Part shown: positions 36,192-44,268 of the stretch, piece by piece
Numbering within the stretch: the stretch's first letter is position 1
Layout of the letters: the number at the start of each line of letters is the position of its first letter
Assembly: GCA_005843815.1 (NCBI GenBank)
Contig: SZYA01000026.1
Coordinates: 3,949-67,948 of the forward strand
Length of the DNA stretch: 64,000 bases
Source: Chlorobium sp.
Lineage (GTDB): Bacteria; Bacteroidota; Chlorobiia; Chlorobiales; Chlorobiaceae
Reading direction: 5' to 3'
Program-made: the position numbers and the translations under genes
The notes under the pieces: generated by a model
What the model was told of the DNA's origin: nothing
What the model saw: only the letters and a program-made list of their open reading frames with translations
The model's database searches: none

Positions 36192-39100
36192 AAGCATGAT
36201 TTTGATGGTGGCTACGCTAATATCAATGCGCCCGTGCTGACTGTCGAGAATGCCACGGTATCTCTTCCGGAGAACACTCCTGCAGGCCCAATAAGCGGCG
36301 CTGCTGCACATGCGACCGACGCTGATGGTGGTACTCTCGCCTTCAGTCTGGTTAACCCTCCAACGAATGGCAGTAATCAGCCGATTTTTGCCATTGATTC
36401 CGTTACTGGCCAGATCAGCCTGACAAGTGTCGGCGCGGCATTGATTGATTTTGAAAATCCTGATCACCAGGCAATTCTTACGGTGAAGGTGAGCGACGGT
36501 CTTGCCGCTCACGACCAGACCAAAACCATCACATTGAATGTCACTAATGTGAACGACAACCCGCCTCTCTTTACCTCGGGCGCAACAGGCACTGTCATTG
36601 AAAACGCCCCATCGACTACCGTGATCTATACAGCGGCCACGACGGATGCTGATAACCTTGGAGCGCCAACCTATACGCTTGGCGGCACCGATGCAGCGCT
36701 GCTGAACATCAATGCGAGCACGGGAGCTGTAACACTTAAAAATTCTGCTGATTACGAGTCACCGCAAAAGAGTTATAGCTTCACCGTCACTGCAAATGAT
36801 GGAGCAAACTCAAAAGATCAGGCGGTTGTTGTTTCAGTCACCAATGCTAACGATCCAGCCACTGGTGCCGCTGTTATTAGCGGTCAACCGGCAGTTGGGG
36901 CAACATTGACAGCCGATATTACCACCCTGGCTGATCAGGATGGCCTCAACAATGTAACCTATCAATGGCAAGCAAATGGTGTAGATATCGCTGGTGCAAC
37001 GACCAGTACACTGGTTTTGGATGCAACACAAACCAACCTTCCCATAACAGTAAAGGTTACCTATACAGACAGCTTTGGAAATACTACCGTTACGAGTGCT
37101 GAGAAAGTGTGGAATCAAGCGCCGGTTATCACGGTGGACAACGCAACAGTCAGCCTCGCAGAAAACGCGGCGGCCGGTGAAATTGGTGCACAAGCTACTG
37201 CAACTGATGCAGATAGCGATTCTGTTACCTTGAGCCTTGTTTCACCTGTTAATGGCGCTAACGCGCCACTGTTTGCAATTGATGCAGCGACAGGGAAGAT
37301 CAGCCTGACTGCTGCCGGCGCTGCAGCTCTTGATTACGAGTCAAGCAACAAGAGCTATACCTTGACCGTTACCGCAAGTGATGCTCATCATACTGGCGCT
37401 TCAGCAACAACAAAAACGGTTACCGTAAACATCACGGATGTTAACGAAGCGCCAACAGCCGTTGCGTTGAACAATGCGATTACAAGCATAGCAGAAAATA
37501 CAAGCACGGCATCTCATGTTAAAGTTGCCGATATTGCCGTTACTGATGACGCGCCTGGAACAAATGTAGTCACCCTTTCAGGGGCTGATGCCAACAGCTT
37601 TGAGGTTGTTGGTACAGCACTGTATCTGAAAGCAGGTGAAACATTGAACTATGAAGCAAAGAGCAGCTACGCCGTAACAGTTAATGTTGCTGATAGTACG
37701 GTTACGGGAAGCTCTGCCGTTACCAACAATTATACGCTCACAGTAACGGATGTCAACGAAGCACCGACAGCAGTTGCGTTACATAATGCGACCACAAGCA
37801 TCGTTGAGAATACCAGTACCACGACATCCATTAAGGTTGCCGATATCGCTGTTACTGATGATGCCATTGGAACAAATACAGTTACCCTTTCAGGTGCCGA
37901 TGCTAATAGTTTTGAGGTTGTTGGTACAGCACTGTATCTGAAAGCAGGTGAGACGTTGAACTATGAAGCAAAGAGTAGCTACGCCGTAACGGTTACTGTT
38001 GCTGACAGTACTGTTTCGGGTAGTGCAGCAGTTACAGGCAATTATACACTTGCGGTAACGAACGTCAACGATGCGCCAACAGGCAGTGTCACTATCGAGG
38101 GCACAGCAACGCAAGGCCAGACACTAACGGCCAAAACAAGCACACTTGCAGACGAAGATGGACTTGGGGCAATAACACTTCAGTGGAAAGCTGATGGCGT
38201 GATTATATCGGGTGCCACAGGGAGTACCCTGCTTTTGGGCGGCGGGCAGAAAGATAAGGTCATTACTGTGGAAGCCAGTTACACCGATGGCCTTGGAAAT
38301 CTGGAACATGCAAGCAGCACAGGTACTGCAGCAGTGGTTGGCACACAAAGTGGTATTGTCCAGGATGGTTATCTCTCGAAAGCGCTTGTCTGGGTTGACA
38401 GCACCGCTAACGGCATACGTGATTGGACGGATGCAAATGGCAATGGCACCTGGGATAGTGGAGAGGGTGAATCATGGACAATTACTGACAGTACCGGACA
38501 ATTTACCGGCCTTGTTGGTTCAGGCACTATTCGTATTACAGCCAATCCGGCAAATCCATCGGCAACAATTGATATTTCCACAGGCAAGCCATTTACCGGA
38601 AACTATTCCGCACCCACCGGTTCAACCGTTGTCAATCCACTGACCACGCTTGTTGTTGCAGCCCTGGCGACGAATAACAATGATGTTGCAGCGGCGAATA
38701 TGGCAGTCAAGACAGCACTGGGTCTTGATTCTTCTGTGGACTTAAAGACCTATGATGCGCTTGCCGAAGCAAACAAGACGGGAGCCAGCAGTGCGAATTT
38801 GGCAAAGGCCATCAAGGTGCAGAGTGCAGCGACGCAGGTTTCCAACATCATAAGTATTGCCGAAAATGTAGCAACGGGGGCAGGAGCTACAAGTGTAACG
38901 GGGGTTGCCGCCAGTGTTGCCACTGCATTGATGACAGCCGCAGGAACCGGTACAGTTAATCTTGCCAACGCTACTGTTATTGCCAATACCATTACTACTG
39001 CGGCCACCAATGCTGGAGGTAATACAACAGGTTTGACAACGGTTATCACCTCAGTTGCAGACTCGTCAGCAGCGGTGAACAGCAATATTGGAGCTGTATC

Positions 39101-40697
39101 GAGCGCCGCTGCAACCACAGCGAGTTCGGGCGGAACGGTCAATATTGCTGATAGCATGAAACAGGTGGTCGCGGCGCAGATTGTTGCTCAGGATACATTA
39201 GCGAGCCAGGCCAAAACTGCTGCAGCAAATAATTCTTCAACTGGCATCACGGTGACGAGTGCAACTGTTACCAATGATGTAAACACAGCAAAGACGCAAG
39301 TCCAGACAATATTCGCGAATCATGCCCCGGCAGGCGACGTGACCATGGCGGGTACAGCGACACAGGGCCACACACTGACCGCTGGAAATACCCTTGCCGA
39401 TATTGACGGACTTGGCACTATCAGCTACAAGTGGCAAGTGTCGCAAGATGGCACAATATGGAGCGACATCACCGGCGCCACAAGCAACTCGCTGGCTCTC
39501 GGTGAAGCACAGGTTGGCCGTCAGGTGCGGATTATGGCAAGCTATACCGATGGTGCCGGCAAGCTCGAAAGCGTGAACAGCAATGCAACCTCTGTTGCGA
39601 GCCAGAGCTCCCCGACAGGCAGTGTAAAGATCACTGGCACAGCTACCACCGGTTTTCAATTGACTGCCAGCAATACCCTTGCCGATAGTGATGGACTTGG
39701 TACCATCAGCTATCAATGGTATTCGGGAAGCACGGCAATCATTGGAGCTGCGGGCACGACCCTGATTGTCAGCAATGCGCAGGAGGGCCAGACAATTTCG
39801 GTCAAAGCGAGTTATACTGATGGCCATGGAACTACCGAAAGTGTGAGCAGTGACGGTACTCCTTATGGTGCAGGTTTGAGCGTTACATCCGTTACAAGTG
39901 CCAGCGATTTAAACACTACGCTGGCTCCATACTTTGCCGCGTTTACCAATAAGGCCGATGTTCAAAGCAGAATTGCCACTTACTATGCGAATCCTGTGGT
40001 GGTTCAGCACAGAGACTTTTCTGCGAGTACCGCAGGCACATTCGATGTGAACTCTTCCGGTCGTGAAGCCTTCGCAATTGATTTGCCAACAGATGCCACT
40101 CTGAAAACTCTTACGTTGAACAATGTCGAGTTTGCCATTATCACCGGCGATAATCTTCGCATCATCGGTGGTGCTGGCAATAACATTGTCTTTGCAGGCG
40201 CTGGCAGCCAGAATATTTTGCTTGGTGTTGGTAATGATGAGCTGCATGGCGGTGATGGTAATGATACTATTGCCTCTACCACTGGTGATGATTACCTTTA
40301 TGGTGATGGCGGTAATGACAGTGTCAGTGGCGGCGCTGACAATGATCATCTCTATGGTGGTGATGGTGATGATACCCTTGATGGCGGCGATGGTAATGAC
40401 TGGCTGGTTGGTGGCGCGGGTAATGACCTGATCAATGGCGGCGCTGGTGATGATACGGCGGAGTTCAGCGGCACTCGTGCCCAATACACGATAGGTGCCT
40501 ATAATGCGGCGACACTAAGCTATGCTATAGCAGGTCCGGACGGTACAGATACAATCACCAGCATTGAGCATTTGAAGTTTGCAGATCAAACCATTGCAGA
40601 CCCCTATGCCACATTTAGTAGCCCTGTCACTCCTGAAAGCAACTCAATTTTGATCGGGGTTGGGGCGATTGGTCTTCTGGCGTGGGTGTTTTTATAG
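35742..40697 (+). CDS. 1651-aa cadherin-repeat / RTX protein. Order: cohesin-like N-region, about 6 cadherin-type repeats, four ~80-aa 'GQTLTA..YQW' modules, Ala/Thr-rich helical region, RTX block, one 'GTD..IE.L.F.D' module, C-terminal hydrophobic tail
   Basis: AAGGAG SD. Cadherin-like repeat boundaries are 'VTNVNDNPPLFT', 'ITDVNEAPTAVAL' and 'VTNVNDAPTG'. RTX block: 'GGDGNDTIASTTGDDYLYGDGGNDSVSGGADNDHLYGGDGDDTLDGGDGNDWLVGGAGNDLINGGAGDD'. The N-terminus 'MADFITIANK' is not a signal peptide. Confidence 0.88.
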   Translation: MADFITIANKTYTYTAATDKTTVQFDLYFAAALIGGSKISGAVIDLAYQYSSVSASQVTNPSFSYTDDFGAQTAKVWSDPPTVNLNGASSNGKIALVADPKLLAQNPIIGTAGQVLTVKLVVSGNVTDFAVTLQTDANGGDNYITTSDAVKHDFDGGYANINAPVLTVENATVSLPENTPAGPISGAAAHATDADGGTLAFSLVNPPTNGSNQPIFAIDSVTGQISLTSVGAALIDFENPDHQAILTVKVSDGLAAHDQTKTITLNVTNVNDNPPLFTSGATGTVIENAPSTTVIYTAATTDADNLGAPTYTLGGTDAALLNINASTGAVTLKNSADYESPQKSYSFTVTANDGANSKDQAVVVSVTNANDPATGAAVISGQPAVGATLTADITTLADQDGLNNVTYQWQANGVDIAGATTSTLVLDATQTNLPITVKVTYTDSFGNTTVTSAEKVWNQAPVITVDNATVSLAENAAAGEIGAQATATDADSDSVTLSLVSPVNGANAPLFAIDAATGKISLTAAGAAALDYESSNKSYTLTVTASDAHHTGASATTKTVTVNITDVNEAPTAVALNNAITSIAENTSTASHVKVADIAVTDDAPGTNVVTLSGADANSFEVVGTALYLKAGETLNYEAKSSYAVTVNVADSTVTGSSAVTNNYTLTVTDVNEAPTAVALHNATTSIVENTSTTTSIKVADIAVTDDAIGTNTVTLSGADANSFEVVGTALYLKAGETLNYEAKSSYAVTVTVADSTVSGSAAVTGNYTLAVTNVNDAPTGSVTIEGTATQGQTLTAKTSTLADEDGLGAITLQWKADGVIISGATGSTLLLGGGQKDKVITVEASYTDGLGNLEHASSTGTAAVVGTQSGIVQDGYLSKALVWVDSTANGIRDWTDANGNGTWDSGEGESWTITDSTGQFTGLVGSGTIRITANPANPSATIDISTGKPFTGNYSAPTGSTVVNPLTTLVVAALATNNNDVAAANMAVKTALGLDSSVDLKTYDALAEANKTGASSANLAKAIKVQSAATQVSNIISIAENVATGAGATSVTGVAASVATALMTAAGTGTVNLANATVIANTITTAATNAGGNTTGLTTVITSVADSSAAVNSNIGAVSSAAATTASSGGTVNIADSMKQVVAAQIVAQDTLASQAKTAAANNSSTGITVTSATVTNDVNTAKTQVQTIFANHAPAGDVTMAGTATQGHTLTAGNTLADIDGLGTISYKWQVSQDGTIWSDITGATSNSLALGEAQVGRQVRIMASYTDGAGKLESVNSNATSVASQSSPTGSVKITGTATTGFQLTASNTLADSDGLGTISYQWYSGSTAIIGAAGTTLIVSNAQEGQTISVKASYTDGHGTTESVSSDGTPYGAGLSVTSVTSASDLNTTLAPYFAAFTNKADVQSRIATYYANPVVVQHRDFSASTAGTFDVNSSGREAFAIDLPTDATLKTLTLNNVEFAIITGDNLRIIGGAGNNIVFAGAGSQNILLGVGNDELHGGDGNDTIASTTGDDYLYGDGGNDSVSGGADNDHLYGGDGDDTLDGGDGNDWLVGGAGNDLINGGAGDDTAEFSGTRAQYTIGAYNAATLSYAIAGPDGTDTITSIEHLKFADQTIADPYATFSSPVTPESNSILIGVGAIGLLAWVFL
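37434..38057 (+). repeat. Two tandem 312-bp (104-aa) near-identical cadherin-type repeat units
   Basis: Unit starts at 37434 and 37746, with the next boundary at 38058 (period exactly 312). Long identical DNA runs include 'tttgaggttgttggtacagcactgtatctgaaagcaggtga'. The protein units differ at roughly 15 of 104 positions. Confidence 0.9.
40167..40466 (+). other. RTX nonapeptide block (about 11 GGxGxD-type repeats) of the 1651-aa protein
   Basis: Direct reading of the translation from 'GGAGNNIVFAGAGSQNILLGVGNDELHGGDGNDT...' to 'GGAGDDTAEF'. Confidence 0.85.
40644..40694 (+). other. C-terminal hydrophobic tail 'SILIGVGAIGLLAWVFL-COOH', paralogous to the tail at 670..717
   Basis: Aligned from the C-terminus against 'VLLGIGGLAFLAWALL', the tail is identical at 6 of 16 positions and conservative hydrophobic at the rest. 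Consensus: (V/I)L(L/I)G(I/V)G(G/A)(L/I)(A/G)(F/L)LAW(A/V)(L/F)L. No basic residues follow. Confidence 0.6.
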
Positions 40698-40712
40698 CTT
40701 TTGAGCGGGAGG

Positions 40713-40745
40713 CGGGCTGATATTATAAAGTATCAGCCCGGTTTT
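40713..40745 (+). terminator. Rho-independent terminator-like hairpin (CGGGCTGATA / TATCAGCCCG, 8-nt loop) followed by GTTTT
   Basis: The 10-bp perfect stem was verified by hand. It lies between the convergent 1651-aa ORF and cimA. Confidence 0.65.
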
Positions 40746-40772
40746 CGTCAGGTTGACATGGCTATTATCTTT

Positions 40773-42350
40773 TTATGCTTTAACGGTAAAAAGATGGTAG
40801 TTCATGCTGTCCTGCAGTGCCAGCAGGCTTGCTTCAATAATGTTGGTCGAGACACCAACAGTGCCCCAGGTGTTGCGGCCATTGCTTGATGCAATAAGCA
40901 CCCGCACCTTGGCGCTGGTTCCTCTTTTCTCTTCCAGTACCCGCACTTTATAGTCAACCAGTTTGATGTTCTTGATCTCCGGGTAAAAATGGATCAGCGC
41001 TTTGCGGAGCGCCTTGTCGAGGGCGTTGACCGGGCCATCGCCATCGGCGGCAATGTGTTCAATCTCCTCTCCAACCTTCACCTTCAGCACAGCCTGATCC
41101 ACATTTTTGGCATCCTTGCTCGATTCGATATGGACTTTTGTTTCAAGCACCTCAAAGAATGGCTTGAAGTTCCCAAGCTCCCTTTGCAAAAGCAGCTCAA
41201 ACGACGCTTCAGCGCCGTCAAACTGGTACCCTTTGTGTTCGAGCTCCTTGATGGAGTGGACAATATTTTTAAACAGCTCGTTTTTATCGGGCAGGGTAAT
41301 ACCAAGCTCCTGTGCTTTGTAACGGATGTTACTCTGTCCGGCAAGCTCTGAAACCAGAACCCGCTGGTGGTTGCCGACCAGAGTCGGGTCGATGTGCTCG
41401 TAGAGCGAACTCTCCTTCATCACCGCGCTGACATGAATCCCCCCTTTATGGGCAAAGGCTGATTTGCCGACAAAGGGCGCCCTGGTATTCGAGGGCATAT
41501 TCAGAATCTCATAAACAAACTTCGAGAGCGAGGTGAGTTGATTGAGATGATCGACAGAGGCAAACGTGCGACCCAGCTTCAGCATGAGATTGGGAATAAT
41601 GCTGATAAGGTTAGCGTTGCCGCATCGTTCACCGATACCGTTGATGGTACCCTGAATATGGGTAGCTCCCGCCATGATGGCGGCAATGGAGTTTGCCACA
41701 GCAAGATCGCCATCATTGTGGCTGTGAATGCCCACCGGCACGCCGGTGACCGTCACTACATCAGCCACAATAGTGGCAATTTCATGGGGCAGTGCTCCGC
41801 CGTTGGTATCGCAAAGGACAAGTCGCGAGGCTCCACCCTCCACTGCTGAGCGCAGCATGGTCAGGGCAAAGTTGCGGTCGTCCTTGTAGCCGTCAAAAAA
41901 ATGTTCGGCATCAAAAAATACCTCACGTCCCTCTTGTTTGAGGAATGCAACTGAGCGCTGGATAAGCTCGGCATTCTCTTCGTCGGAGATGCCAAGACTC
42001 TTTATCGAGTGGGCTCTCCATGTTTTTCCAAAGATGGTGATCACCGGAGTTTCGGAGTGCAGCAGACCGAGCAGGTTAGGGTCGCTTTCAACGCTGGCCA
42101 CAAAGCGGGCTGTTGAACCGAAGGAGGTGAGTTTTGCCTGTTTGAGGTCAAGCTGTCGGGCCTTGATGAAAAACTCCTCATCTTTCGGGTTGCTGCTTGG
42201 CCATCCCCCTTCAATATAGTCCATGCCAAACTCGTCAAGCTTTTGCGCAATCAGCAGTTTGTCCTGCACTGAAAGGTTGATATGCTCACCCTGCGTACCG
42301 TCACGCAGGGTGGTGTCGTATAGTTCTATAGCGCCAGTTGCAGCAGTCAT
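40773..42350 (-). CDS. cimA: (R)-citramalate synthase / 2-isopropylmalate synthase family (CimA-type)
   Basis: 'YDTTLRDGTQGEHINLSVQDKL.IA.KLDEFGMDYIEGGWPSSNPKDEEFF' fits the CimA-type HMGL-like pattern and there is a C-terminal LeuA-dimer-like domain; 525 aa, first gene downstream of leuD. Confidence 0.75.
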   Translation of the reverse strand: MTAATGAIELYDTTLRDGTQGEHINLSVQDKLLIAQKLDEFGMDYIEGGWPSSNPKDEEFFIKARQLDLKQAKLTSFGSTARFVASVESDPNLLGLLHSETPVITIFGKTWRAHSIKSLGISDEENAELIQRSVAFLKQEGREVFFDAEHFFDGYKDDRNFALTMLRSAVEGGASRLVLCDTNGGALPHEIATIVADVVTVTGVPVGIHSHNDGDLAVANSIAAIMAGATHIQGTINGIGERCGNANLISIIPNLMLKLGRTFASVDHLNQLTSLSKFVYEILNMPSNTRAPFVGKSAFAHKGGIHVSAVMKESSLYEHIDPTLVGNHQRVLVSELAGQSNIRYKAQELGITLPDKNELFKNIVHSIKELEHKGYQFDGAEASFELLLQRELGNFKPFFEVLETKVHIESSKDAKNVDQAVLKVKVGEEIEHIAADGDGPVNALDKALRKALIHFYPEIKNIKLVDYKVRVLEEKRGTSAKVRVLIASSNGRNTWGTVGVSTNIIEASLLALQDSMNYHLFTVKA

Positions 42351-42353
42351 AAA

Positions 42354-42920
42354 TCAGCTTTGAGCCATTAAATTTTCCTGTCGGGCATAGGCAAAAATAC
42401 CTCCAGCCTCGACGATGTTAAAGACACTGCCAAGTGGATTGAGCCTCCAGGTGACTTTGCTTGTCAAGTTTTCGATGGTGTTCGCCTCAACATCGATTTT
42501 CAGCTCATCACCAGTTTTAATAATTTGGTTGAGCTGCTCTGCGGTTTCATAAGGAATTGCAAATCCGCCATCGACACAGTTGCGATAAAAGATTCTCGCG
42601 TACGACTCTGCAATAATGGCTTTGACACCTGCCACTTTTAAGGCAAAAGGGGCATGCTCCCTCGATGATCCGCATCCAAAGTTTGGACCGGCAATGATGA
42701 TGGTGAATGCTGAGCGTACTTCGCCCTCTGCGATAAAGGGGATGTTTCCTGCCGGTAGTCCGCCCTGCTCGGGGGGGACACCAGAGAGCGCATATTTACC
42801 GTAGAGCACAACCTCCTCAGGATCGGAGAGGCTGTAGACCAGATGTTCTGCAGGAATAATCTGGTCGGTATCAATATTTTTGCCTAAAACGTAGGCTTTG
42901 CCCTGAATGATTTTTTCCAT
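42354..42920 (-). CDS. leuD: 3-isopropylmalate (or citramalate) dehydratase small subunit
   Basis: 'GKNIDTDQIIPA' and 'IIAGPNFGCGSSREHAP' motifs. The ATG at 42920 (MEKIIQGKAY) follows AGGAG; the ORF-track start at 42941 is TTG. Confidence 0.9.
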   Translation of the reverse strand: MEKIIQGKAYVLGKNIDTDQIIPAEHLVYSLSDPEEVVLYGKYALSGVPPEQGGLPAGNIPFIAEGEVRSAFTIIIAGPNFGCGSSREHAPFALKVAGVKAIIAESYARIFYRNCVDGGFAIPYETAEQLNQIIKTGDELKIDVEANTIENLTSKVTWRLNPLGSVFNIVEAGGIFAYARQENLMAQS

Positions 42921-42947
42921 AGTGTTTGTTCTCCTGTACAAGTGCGA

Positions 42948-44243
42948 TCAGAGAAAATCTCTCGGATCGGTGAGTTTGCCCGTAATTGCCGAAGCGGCTG
43001 CCGTGAGCGGGGAGGCAAGGTAGACTCCCGCATGTTTGCTGCCCATACGTCCGGGGAAATTGCGGTTTGTGGTAGAGACGACGACATCGTTATCAACCGA
43101 ACGCCCGACGGTATCGGCAGGGCCACCCAGGCATGCTGCGCATGAAGGGAGGGCAACGCTGCATCCCGCATCTTCAAAAATCTTTTTCAGGCTTACCCCT
43201 TCGTACTGTTCAGTTTCAAGGCTGCGTGCAACAAGCACCGTTGCTGGTACAATGTTGGTGGTTACCGAAACCTTCTGCCCCTTCAGGATTTTTGCCGCCA
43301 GCATAAAATCGGTCAGCTTGCCGCCGGTGCAGGAGCCGATGTAGGACTTGGTGATTTTTGTGCCAGCGACACTCCTCACCGTCGCACGGTTGTCAGGGCT
43401 GTGGGGCTGGGCAACAACTGGTTCAAGGTCACGGACATTGTAGTGGTACTTGCTGTGATACCGGGCATCGGGATCACTCTGGAAGAGTTCGTAAGGCTTG
43501 TTGCTTCTCGCCTTCACATACTCCTCGGCAATTTTGTCTGCGGCAATAATACCATTCATGCCACCGCCCTCAATAGCCATGTTGGTCAGCGTCATTCTCT
43601 CCTCCATCGGGAGTGAAAAAATCGCCTCGCCATCAAACTCCATCGCCATGTAGGTTGCACCATCGGTGGTGATATCGCCGAGAATCTGCAGAATGAGATC
43701 TTTTGCGGTAAGATATGCGGGCATCTCTCCATCAAAGGTGAACTTGATGGATTCAGGTACCTTCTCCCAGAGTTTGCCGGTGCCAAGAATGAAGGCAGCG
43801 TCCGTGTTGCCAATGCCGGTGCCGAACATACCGAATGCGCCAGAGGTGCAGGTGTGGGAATCTGTTCCAAAAAGCACAGTGCCGGGGAGGTTGAACCCCT
43901 CTTCGGCAAGGGCGACATGGCAGACACCTTTGTAGCGGTCAGTGCCAACATCGTAGTAGTGGTTGAGCCCCTGCTCTTTGGCAAACTGCCTCAGGAGGTC
44001 AATGTTGCGGTGAGCGTGCTCGTTGGCGGTAAAGATATAGTGGTCGGGCAGCACAACAACCTTGTCGGTGTTCCACACTTTTGCGTCGGCGCCAAACTCC
44101 TCCCTGAAAATATCAATGGTTGGCGGGCCGCAGACATCGTGGGTCAAAAGAATGTCAACATTCAGCCATACGCTCTCCCCTGGCTCTACAAACTTCCGGT
44201 TTGCTGCCTTTGCAAGAATTTTTTGTGTTATCGTCTGTGCCAT
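42948..44243 (-). CDS. leuC: 3-isopropylmalate dehydratase large subunit
   Basis: Aconitase-family motifs 'DHYIFT', 'GTDSHTCTSGAFG' and 'IGSCTGG'. The likely ATG at 44243 (MAQTITQKIL) avoids overlap with leuB; the track start at 44291 is TTG. Confidence 0.92.
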   Translation of the reverse strand: MAQTITQKILAKAANRKFVEPGESVWLNVDILLTHDVCGPPTIDIFREEFGADAKVWNTDKVVVLPDHYIFTANEHAHRNIDLLRQFAKEQGLNHYYDVGTDRYKGVCHVALAEEGFNLPGTVLFGTDSHTCTSGAFGMFGTGIGNTDAAFILGTGKLWEKVPESIKFTFDGEMPAYLTAKDLILQILGDITTDGATYMAMEFDGEAIFSLPMEERMTLTNMAIEGGGMNGIIAADKIAEEYVKARSNKPYELFQSDPDARYHSKYHYNVRDLEPVVAQPHSPDNRATVRSVAGTKITKSYIGSCTGGKLTDFMLAAKILKGQKVSVTTNIVPATVLVARSLETEQYEGVSLKKIFEDAGCSVALPSCAACLGGPADTVGRSVDNDVVVSTTNRNFPGRMGSKHAGVYLASPLTAAASAITGKLTDPRDFL

Positions 44244-44268
44244 AGGTATAGTAAATGGAGTTATTTCA

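Noticed and set aside
17193-40772. Calling the accessory block a mobile genomic island
   Set aside because: The interval contains no integrase, transposase or recombinase ORF. I could find no direct repeat of the tRNA-Val 3' end at the distal boundary. I report it only as tRNA-adjacent accessory DNA.
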